A DNA stretch of 64,000 nt, taken from assembly GCF_002105155.1 (NCBI RefSeq), contig NW_019029004.1, positions 310,001 through 374,000 of the forward strand. The letters run 5' to 3'. This document shows positions 1-10,983 of this stretch, one piece after another. Made by a program: the position numbers and the translations under genes. Origin of the DNA: Lobosporangium transversale (Eukaryota). Below the pieces are notes generated by a model. The model had not been told where the DNA came from and searched no databases. It worked only from the letters and a program-made list of their open reading frames with translations. Position 1 is the stretch's first letter, and every line of letters starts with the position of its first letter.

Positions 1-1
1 A

Positions 2-604
2 GCTGATATTCTTTCCAGGCTGGATGCATTCGCTACAGTCTCATCCACCGCTGGTTCAGAGGATAAACAGCTCAAAAAGGATGGAGATGTTGTTGCAACA
101 ACGGACGGTTGTAATAGTGCAGAACACTCTACTGCTGCCGCTGACCCAAGGGTGGCGGCTCCTGCGGCGATGGGTCAACTTTCTCAGTTGGTTCTTGATG
201 AATTGCGACGTGAGATCAAAGATCTGCAAGAACTATCGCGGATACGGTTTGGGCGAGAAGAAGTAGTATTAGTATCTGCTTTTTTAGTGCAACCAGCGAA
301 TCATCCGACAACATCAACCGACACGCCAGAAGAGAATAGCGCCGCTAGTACTGCTGTAACGGCTGTAATAGAAAACACTGAAACTAAAAAGCTTGCACTT
401 GAACGCGACATTCAAGCCGCAGTTGCCGAAGAAAGTTACGAAGCGGCAGGTAAGGTTTACTAATTGTTATATTCAATTTGTTTTTAAGCACGGCATTGAA
501 CATTGTATGCGTTTTATGCGTTGTTCATTAATCGACGAATATTTACATACATCTTTTGTTTTCAAAATATAGCGGAGCTACAGGCACAGCTTGATGCTCT
601 GTAA
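2..604 (+). CDS. 3' part of a coiled-coil protein ending in a UVR (UvrB/C)-like motif; 5' end outside window
   Basis: Frame is open from nt 2. GT-AG intron 450-572 joins ...LERDIQAAVAEESYEAA|AELQAQLDAL* (TAA 602-604), matching the UVR pattern L...AV..E.YE.AA.L...L. Confidence 0.65.
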
Positions 605-1203
605 AAAGAACAATGATTCCTTTTTTCTTTTACCTTCCTTATACCCACACACCAAATTATTGTAGCGCAGTAATTAAATAGTATGTCAGAATGACTCAGA
701 GAAGGCTAATGAAATGTATTCAAGGTACCAGGCACAAAAAAAGAAGTTTTTTAAAGCCAACTACTTCTTGTTTTTTTTTTTTTTTGTCCGGCACTCCTAA
801 TACAGTACTGGCGTAGTCCTGACACACATGGTGCACATAGCATAGTGCATCAATATTTTCGTACTGGGTACATGTAATGTGCTGCGGGTAGATGAAAAAG
901 AAAAGGGTCACATGATACAAAGCACGTCTTTTTTCAGGGCGGGCGGATCAGAAAGAAACAAAGAACCACCAATTGTTGTGTGCTTTTGTAAAAATATCTT
1001 CTCTTCTCTCTTTTCTTTTTTTTTTTTTGTCATCAATAACCCTCCTCATTAACAGCTAGAAGAAACAAATATTCGCATTTACTGTTGAGACTTTCCTACA
1101 ACATACCATAGAAGAAAAGAAAAAAAAAGCTTTAAGAACAGCGTGTTACCAGGACACAAAGACAAACAACACAACTCCCCAGTCAAAAGAAATCGGATTC
1201 ACC

Positions 1204-3756
1204 ATGTCATCTCCAACAACCATTAAAGCTGGAATTGCGCTTCCGCCCAAGAACCCTCACAAGTAAGACAAATTGGATTATTTATGAGTGCTTTGCAGTG
1301 GAAAGAAAGAAAGAAATAAAGAATCATCTTTATGGATACAGGTCCATTATGGTACTAACGACATTTGAGCACTGTGCTACATCGTGATACTGCAGGGTTC
1401 CAATTCCCGGTCAGCGTAACGTGTTGATTACCTCTGCCCTACCTTATGTTAACAACGTTCCCCACTTGGGCAACATTATCGGCTCCACTCTTAGTGCAGA
1501 TGTTTATGCAAGGTAAAGAAAAAAAAGTAGTAGATGGTGCTACAACTTCTGTTTTTAATCTTTATTTCTCATTTTTTTTTTTTTTTATTTTTTTTTTTAT
1601 TTTTTTTTTTATTTTAAAAAAAAAAGGTATCAACGTGTACGTGGTATCAATGCACTCTACATTTGTGGTACAGATGAGTATGGTACTGCAACAGAAACCA
1701 AGGCGTTGTCCGATGGCGTAACATGCCAGGAACTGTGTGACAAATACCACCCAATTCATAAACAGTGTTATGAATGGATGGAAATTGACTTTGACAAGTT
1801 TGGAAGAACTACGACCGAGGAGCAGACAAAGATTGCACAGGACATTTTCATGAGATTATACGAGCGTGATCTCTTAGTCGAGGATTCTATGCCTCAACTC
1901 TATTGTAGCCAATGCGATAGGTAAGAGACAAGCAAGAAGCTTTTTACTAGGTTGGGTTACTCTTTGTCTCAATTGAGATAAGGAAGATACTGACTCTACT
2001 TGTACGCTTCAATGATTTTTCTCCTTCCTAAAACGATAGATATCTTGCGGATCGTTTTGTTGAAGGAACTTGCCCAAGATGCAATTACGATGTATGTAGA
2101 TCAACTTCGTTGTAAACAAAAAGTTTCCCAATGAAGAAAACATCAAGCTGACTTCTCTCTCTTGTACCTTTGACTTTTATCCTGATAGGATGCCCGTGGT
2201 GACCAATGCGACCAATGCGGAAATCTATTGAACGCAATAGATCTTATCAACCCTCGTTGCAAACTTGATGGCAACCGTCCTGTCCAGAAGCATTCGAAAC
2301 ACCTGTTTTTGGATTTGGGTAAGCTACAAGCCAGGTGCGAAGCTTGGGCCGAGAAAGCAGCTGTTGAGGGTAAATGGTCTGCGAATGGTAGGATCATTAC
2401 ACAAGCTTGGTTCAAGGAAGGATTAAGGTTGCGCTGCATTACTCGTGATGTGAAATGGGGTACTCCTGTCCCTCTTGAAGGATGGGAGGGTAAGGTTTTC
2501 TATGTTTGGTTTGATGCTCCTATTGGATACCCATCTATCACGGCCACATATACCAAGGAGTGGGAGAAATGGTGGAAGAACCCCAAGGATGTCAAGTTGT
2601 ACCAGTTCATGGGTAAAGACAACGTCCCCTTCCACACTGTCATCTTCCCAAGCTCTTTGATTGGAACTGGCGAGGAATGGACACTCTTGAATACTCTTAG
2701 TACCACTGGTAAGCTAATTTCTATTTTCCATTTGGCAATTTTCCTCGTAATTTGAGGAATGATATCATGACTGACATTGCATATTTTGCACCAAACATAG
2801 AATACCTCCAGTATGAGACTGGCAAGTTTTCAAAGTCGCGTGGTGTCGGTATCTTTGGTAATAACGTTCAAGAGACTGGAGTTCCTCCTTCAGTCTGGCG
2901 TTACTATCTTCTTTCGAATCGTCCCGAGACGAACGACTCTCAATATCTGTGGAAAGACTTTATTGCCCGTAACAACAATGAGTTGTTAGCCAATGTTGGC
3001 AACTTTGTGAATCGTGTGATCAAGTTTGTGAATGCCAAGTATGATAATGTCGTCCCTTCGCTCGAGACCGCAGCTGCTCCTACGGAATCGGACGAAAAAT
3101 TGATTCGCGAGGTTAATGAGAAGCTCAAGCTATACATCGAGGCTCTGGATGACGTGAAGATCCGTGAGGCTCTTCGTCTAGCGATGGAGATATCGGCCCT
3201 TGGAAATGTCTATTTGCAAGAAAATAAGATTGACAATACTCTTTTTGCAGAACACAAGGACCGCTGCGACCGTGTTGTTATTACTGCTTTGAACTTGATT
3301 TACTTATTGTCAGCCATTCTATTCCCTTACATGCCTTCCACCTCTGACTCAATTGTCCGTCAGCTCAACGCCCCACTCCGCCTGTTACCTGATGAGTTCA
3401 GAATCGATGCCATCTTGGCCGGACATGTCATCAACAAGGCCGAGTACCTGTTCAAGCGCATTGATGAAAAGATGGAGGATATCTGGAGAAACAAGTACGG
3501 CGGCAATTCGTCCGTGCCCGAGCCTGATGACAAGAAGAAGAAGAAGAAGGCTGCAGCCAAGGCCGCTGCTCCTGTCTTTCAAGGCGAAAAGCCTGCTGAG
3601 GCCATTGCGCTCGAGAAACAGATCGAGGAGCAAGGCGCAAAAGTTAGGGAATTGAAGACTGCCAAAGCTGATAACGCTGTTGTTCAGAACGAGGTCCAGA
3701 CTTTATTGGCTCTTAAGAAAGATCTCGCAGATCTTTTTGCCAAGCTCACAGTCTAA
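1204..3756 (+). CDS. MES1: Cytosolic methionyl-tRNA synthetase, multi-exon, with C-terminal WHEP-like domain
   Basis: Spliced product contains [20 protein letters not shown] (HIGH-type), [12 protein letters not shown], zinc-knuckle CxxC motifs, [22 protein letters not shown] and KFSKS (KMSKS-type). Introns include 1263-1395 and 1513-1626. Confidence 0.96.
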
Positions 3757-4106
3757 GTGGTCGCTAGAATAATGGTTAGAAGTAAAGTACAAAAAAGTAT
3801 CAGGTTGCATATATATTTATATTTGTATATATTTTAAATCTGCCAGTTAAACAAACAATAAAAAAAAAAGAGTTTAGAACACATTTTATCCCAAAGAACG
3901 ACTTGGATCATTGCAACTGGAGATGAAAAAAGTATTGGAACGATAGAGCTGTACCTAATTCCTTTTATTTTCAAATCCCTATACCGCAATATCTCTAAGC
4001 TCATCAATCTAAGCATTTTTCATCAAGGATCGGAATCTTCTTTTTTCTTTATGGTTGTTTGAGCCTGATACTATTTACTGTAACCTATTTGTCTGTGAAT
4101 TATATG

Positions 4107-4469
4107 TTACTTGTTCTCATTATCTTTGTCATCTTTTTTATCCTGGTCCGCCTTGTCGTCCGCTTTACCATCTCCAGCGCTGTTCGAAGCCGACGAGAAA
4201 CCTTGAAGGACATTCTGGATACGGGGATCTGTGGTGTCAACACCTGAAAGCGAGCCTAAGACAGAATTCATGAAATCCGGATCTTGCATTGCTTCATCAG
4301 CTGCTGCTGAGGAGTTGTCGTTGCCTGCCATTGACATTTGAATTGCCCGTTGCATCTCCTCATCCTCTGTCAGTCCTTCCATGTTGTGGTCATCCTAAGA
4401 AAACACAATCGATATTTAGCAACATTAGAACACAAATCGCAGGGTTTACTTTTTGGCAGTCAATTTGCA

Positions 4470-4504
<35 letters not shown>

Positions 4505-5232
4505 CAAGAAGTGTAGGCATACATCCGACTGTGATGAGGCGAGTGCTTGAGCCAGCAGGTCATCGCTGGTTGAGATAGCACTAGCAGACGCAGCGTGAGT
4601 AGAAGCAACTGTAGTTTCTGCTCCGCCTTCTGTTGTGGCGGCGCTGCTATTAGCAGCTTCCTGACGCGCGCGCTCCTCCTCCATTGAAATTCTGAGTGCT
4701 AGTGCCAATTCAGGATCCAAGTTGGGATCGACTCCGAACTCGTAAGATCCACCACCACTGGAGACGTATGCTGGTGCCGAACCATCCTCTCCTGCGACAA
4801 TAGCAGAGCTGACAAGGACATCACTCAATAGATGTGGTCCTGGTGGGACTGTGACAAGATTGCTGGGAAATCAAAAATTCAAATTACAATAGTAACAATT
4901 AATTGTTAGTAAAAAGTTCCCATGGAAATTCCACTTTAGTTCCTATGGGTATGAGTTTGACATACCTATTATCGTTGTTGTTGACAGCAGCCACAAAGGC
5001 CTCCAACTTTGTTGTGTTCTCAGCCTCTTCCCCAAAGTTGATCACATCCACTGCGATGTTGTTTTTCTTTAGTTTCTTGGCCAGTTTAACCAACATCTTT
5101 TCATCCTCTTCCACTGGACTTCCTACGAACACAATGATCCTTTGTCTTTGATTCTTGTTCTGACGATGCTTCAGCGCAAGCTATAAATTGCGTAGGCATG
5201 TGTACTTTCGATTAGTGAGCGAATACATAGGT

Positions 5233-5274
<42 letters not shown>

Positions 5275-6005
5275 TACATTTCATTATTGCCCAAGGAGAC
5301 ACAGGCTAGGCTTACCTGAGCGATCTGAACACTAGTCGTAAAGGATGCTCGACCACCAATGGAGACATTATGAAGAGCAGACAGAATCTTGCCCATGTCT
5401 GATGTGAATGTCACCAGCACTTTAGGGCTATATATGTCCCACATTAAATAGGAATAGTAGTTGTAATGAGAATTAGAGAAAAAGAGAAAAGTATAGGCAG
5501 ATCAACCATAAAAAAATGATTTCCTTAATAGCTTTTTTCTCTGCCTTGCCTTTTTCCAGCCATGGTCATCAAACTGACTGTATTCTCGGGATTAGACTGG
5601 GTCTTTGCGTTAAAAATCAAGCTGACAGCATCAGCCTGAGCCTCCAAACGTGTTGGCGTATAGTCTCCACTAGAAGGATTGGATGAAGACCACAACGTCC
5701 AATGATGTGCAAAAAAAAAAAAAAAAAAGAAAAAAAAGAGAGAGATGCAGGGGGAAAGTTAGAAGAACGTAGATGTATTGTAGCGTAGAAAGCAGTTGGT
5801 GTTATCGACTTGATCCGGTGAGCATACTTTCTCATCCATTCTGAGTTATCCAGGCTAATCAATTGATACAAAGTTTGAAATGAAATATGATACAGTCAGC
5901 CCTATTTGTGCTCTTCAATATATACTATCTCCTGCGAAAAGAAATAATATATTGAAATCAAATTTATATAGTGCCCTACACTAAGATAGAAGCTTCCAAG
6001 ACCAT
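4107..6005 (-). CDS. RPN10: 26S proteasome regulatory subunit Rpn10 (VWA + UIM)
   Basis: Spliced: [33 protein letters not shown]...[21 protein letters not shown]...[21 protein letters not shown]...[22 protein letters not shown]...[13 protein letters not shown]. Intron 5428-5549 has a GC donor. Confidence 0.96.
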
Positions 6006-7467
6006 CGTTGTGATTATAGAACTATCCTTTTGTAAGGTGAGGTATGTTTAACTTTCCACTGATGGTTTTGACTTTGTCCTTTTCCTTGAAGAGTCTGTTG
6101 GTGTTCCAGAATCAAAGGGGCTCGAATAAGAATATGTATTGGTATGTGTATATATATATATATAAATCCTTGTGATTATGAAGTGTGTAATGTTTGAAAG
6201 AGAGAAGTGAACATTAAAATGAAATGAGGTTTTGTCAAGAATGCAAGCACACGCATGCGACGCGACACGTCATGCATAGGATATAGCTCAATATGCGCCG
6301 AAATTACGTCACTAATAGTCACGTGGTCAGTCAACATCTGTCCCGAGTTGATGTCGCGCTTACTTCAAGGATCCAATGGCGTTTCGGATAAAGAGCCACG
6401 TTGCCAACGGTGGAGGGGATCCCAGAAGAAAGTCTCCCCAGAGCAAGACATCCATGCTTGACTGTGTGCAGCTCTTTGAACTTAAAAAGACAGCAGTTAC
6501 AGGCGGAAGCCATTCATATTTAGCTCCAGGGATCAAAATATTAATGGGGCACCTTAGTATAAATCCTATGTTGTCTGAGTTGTTTACATTTGTGATTTCT
6601 TCGTACTTGTTGAGGCGTTAATCCTTGTTTACGACGTTCAATAATGGTATTCAGCGTTGTTATAGTATAACCCGAAAAGATGCTGCTGCTCCGCGCCAAA
6701 CGCTACTACACCGTATCTGGGGGCGCCGGAGCCTCAAGAACCGGAAGTTCTACTTTCAGGACTTCATTCTCCTGAAAGAGCTTTGTTAATGCAGGCTCGA
6801 ACATTCTGTCCGCCACAAACATAATTAATAGCATGATGATTGCTCATAGAAATATATTCTAAGCACAAACTCCATACTGTCGAGTGTTCATGAAGTATGG
6901 GAGCTAATAAAAAGAAGTATGGGCATAGCTCTCAAATAAGGTAGGAAGGATACGTTGAGCTGATCTTTTAGCTGGGTTATGTCATTACTCAAGATCGTGT
7001 GAGGCCAAGGACATGGTTAACACAGAAACTGTAACTTGTTAGTGTTGTGTCCGTGTCAAGAATCCGGCGTTTTGTAATAGCACTTAAAGGATCTTTAGAG
7101 CGCACTCGACACTGCAAGGAATCAGATTTGAGCTTCGGGTGTTACAATAAGTTGCTTTTTTGAGGGGAGGAAGGGACTGTTTGCTGCACACAGAGCTGAT
7201 CCTTTTTGTTTAGGTTCCTGACAATGGCTCATTGCTATATTACGCACAGCAGTGTAGTTAAGAGGGATATGTAATCTAACTTTTACAGTTCACTTTGAGT
7301 ATCTTGCTGACTTGCTTCATTTTGATGCTTATTTCCGGAAGGATTGTAGGAAGGAGTAAATAAATGCATTTGATTTATTTTTGCAAAAAAAAAAAAAAAA
7401 AAAAAAGAAAAAAAAAGGAAGCAGCATTAATGCTGGGATGGATGGTAAAGTATAAATAGTTGGTTAT

Positions 7468-8881
7468 TTACAAGTTGCTTGTTCCAGAGATAAAGAACCA
7501 CTTGTCAACCGAGGGGTCGATAGGAGCAGCGGCCTTATCGGAGGCAGCAGGGACGGCTTTGACGGCATCGTCCTCGGGAGAGACCTTGTAAGGGCTGTCT
7601 TCAACGGTGAGATTGCTCCTATGAGCGTGAGAAAGCAAAAAGATGAAAAAAAAAAATCAGATCAATCGTCCATGCATCTCTTTGCGAATTTTGCGTATTC
7701 CTGATGACTACGCGGATAAATATATATAAGTAACTTACACCTGAATATCGTAGGCCTCAGCCTTGGAGGGGATGGCACCCTTGATCAAGCGCTCCCAGGC
7801 TTCATGAGTCTCCTTGACGACCTCCAATGCATACTTTCTGTTCTTGGCCTCACCAGAGAAGGCGAACTGGTTTTCGGGCTTGCCATCAGGGATCTTGTAA
7901 ATGCGGAACCACTCGTTAGTGGCGCGGATGAGACCAGGAAGATGACGCTCAACATCCTCAATATCGTTCAACTTGCTAGCAAGAGGATCGTTAACATCAA
8001 TGACAATAACCTTCCAGTCAGTCTCGCCTATCGATGATAAGATATGATTGATTTCAAAAAGCATGTTAATTTCAGTAGAGATAGGCTATTTTTCAATAAG
8101 CAAGAAGATGAACACAATTGATTATAGAGAAACCTTCATCCAAGAGAGCCATGACACCAAGGACCTTGACCTGCTTGATTTGACCAGTATAGCCGACTTG
8201 CTCACCAATTTCGCAGACATCAAGAGGATCGTTGTCACCGCGAGCCTTAGTCTCAGCATGGGACTGAGTTGGATCCTCCCAAGTCTATGAGAGCGAACCA
8301 TTAAAATGAGAAGTATGTTGCATCGCGTTATGTAAATGATATACAAGATTTTCCAGTGTCGTACGCTTTTTTTTTTTTTTTTTCTTTTTTTTTCCTTCTA
8401 AGAGCAATTCAAGGAAAGGTCAATAGAGAATGATTAGATTAGTGCATACCTGAGGGAAAGCACCATAATTCCAGATGTAGCCATGGTGGGGGAAGCAGTT
8501 ACGGACGAAGCGCAGCTTGCCCTTCTTGACATCCTGCTTGATGGGGTTGAAGGGCTCATCCTTGGAAATCTCCAACTTTGCGTTTGACCAACGAGGAATT
8601 TCAACAATCATGTTGAAGATGTTGTTGGCCTTGTCAGCGTAAAGAGGAACATCGTGAAATGCAGAGACAGGGGTACCATTGCGCTCTAGTCAGAAATGGC
8701 ATAAAAAAGATTGCTTTCAGGTTTAACATTCCACATGGTCGAATTCATTTTCTCGGCTTCTGCCCTTGAGTCACGTCTCTGTCATGTTTAGTATTGATGA
8801 GTACAGTTATTAATTACCGATGAAGACACGATGCTCAAGGGTGTTGGCAGAACCAACGGCGCGGGCAGAGAACTCAGACAT
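7468..8881 (-). CDS. IPP1: Family I inorganic pyrophosphatase
   Basis: Spliced: [89 protein letters not shown], ending [13 protein letters not shown]. Confidence 0.96.
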
Positions 8882-10983
8882 AATGTGAGAAAAAATTTGA
8901 AAAGACGGTGAGGTTGAAGAGAAAAGAAAAAAAAGAAGACGACGGAAGGAATTAAGAGGACGACTTGATGATCGGGGATTTCATGCCCCTCAATCGACTT
9001 GCACACAAGATACCTCAGTCATGCCATCTGGAATCATGATGGCACCATACATAATCCTATCTCCTGCTTCCTCTGCTTTCCTTGCTCTTTTGGCTTACCG
9101 TGTTATGATAGCAAGAAACGATCAATCTTCAAGCTACCATCATATCTCTGGCAGTCATCCTAACCGTGCCAATTAGGCTATTGATTCCTCACGATTGGAC
9201 TATTGTTGACACGTAAAACACGTAAATTAAGACTCACAGTCAAATGTTGTGCATGCTACTACCAGCCACGTGTATCGTTTACGACGCGTGTTCTGATCGC
9301 GACTCTCTTGGATTCTAAATCCTTAACCGTTGTAATAACATCCTCGCACTCGCCTCCCTATAGCGCTGAAAATGGCTGTAGCCCCATCCGCTATTTCTAT
9401 CCTAATCGCACAACACTGATAACTATTTCTGATTTCTAGCGTCTTTTGTAAATAATATATTTGATTCCTCGATGTCATATTTGCAGATGTTCATCGTCTT
9501 TAATAGAAATAGCTGTTATTCCTGGAGTATTGAGAGAGGCGACTGTTCGGACTCCATATGATACTATATAAACACCTGAACACTACCACATGTCATTGAC
9601 TACTCTACGTCCCTTAAACAAAATTCTTAGCATACATCTGAACTTTTGCAAGGGATGTATTGATGCTTCGACAAACATGTAACATTTAATGGCGACATCA
9701 CAGCCCTTGGATTGTGGAAGGGCTGAAAGTATGCGGAAAACGGGAACCATTTGTGTTTTTACTAGCAACAAGCGTGGTTTCAAAAAGTTTGCCCCAAGGA
9801 ACAAATCCTATATCCTTGATTGCTCAAAAGAGACAATGTTGTCTTTTCTGCACCCCAAAAGCTCGCCACAATCCTATTGAAGCGTTCAGAGGCATTATTT
9901 GCCTCATAGTTTGAGGATTAGCGGACTTTCAGTCAAGTTTTATTGTTTTGAACAACACAGTAAATCCTGTCCATTCGAAGTGAAGTAGTCCCCCTAGATG
10001 GCAGCTATTCAGGGGATGCTAATCAATTCCGGTGAAATCAGAGCAGATTTGGATAACCAACAAGCACCGAACAGTCGCCAGAATAAAGAAGCACGTGGAA
10101 CAAGAAAACTGGCTCATGTAAGCACTATTTCTGATTTTACAAATTTCAAGTCCGAGTTCAATGCAGTCCAATGCAGCCCTATGCAGTCCCTTTACCTGTA
10201 AAAAAAACTTACGCATAGTAAATATATATATATATATATTATATATAGCCATAGCCATGATCCATGGCCCATATTTATTTAAATATACTCCAAGATATTG
10301 TACATGTACACCGCTCATTGGAACCCGACTCTGCTTTTATGTGTACAGCAATGCCATAATAAATTAATTAAACATGCAGGCGAGAAGACTGTCGGCTCAC
10401 CAAAAAATATTCTTTTTTTTTCTTTTATATTATTGTCGCTCTTTTTATCGCTCTTGCTTTTCTGCCTGTTGTGTATCTCTCTCTCTTTTGTGCTCTCCCT
10501 TTCTCTTTCACTCTCGATTTTTCACTTCTCTCTTTCTCTCTTTCACTTTTACTTTCACTTTCATATTTCACTTTTTTTTCCCTCTGTTTTTTACTCTCTT
10601 TTATTGCCTACTTTCTAATTTTTATTTGCATCACGTTCATTTGTTATCTGCTTTGATTGTCTCCTTGCACCTTTCTGCCTCCAACTTGTAGAATAGATCT
10701 TCCCTAATATCACTTTATACTCTCCCTATTGCCGTGGCGATAGACGAGAACAGAACAAAACAAATATTCAAAGAAAACCTGGTGCACACTCATACACTCA
10801 TACACTCATTCTCTTACTCTCAATCTGACACACATAGTCTTCTCTCCTTCCTTTCTCTCTCTCTTTTTTTTCTCCCCTTTCCGTCTTTGCCTTCTACATA
10901 ACGACCCTTAACTATCATCCTCTTGACAACAACCTTATAACTTTAATACCTAAGCCGATCAATACAGCATTGGCAGTGTAGCC

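Noticed and set aside
6945..6953. GTATCCTT (U12-type 5' splice-site word) on the minus strand
   Set aside because: No host gene or U12 branch site found nearby.
10298..10691. Hydrophobic Phe/Leu/Ser-rich ORFs (also 28378-28947 and 36220-36665)
   Set aside because: Translations of CT-rich promoter, UTR or intron tracts.
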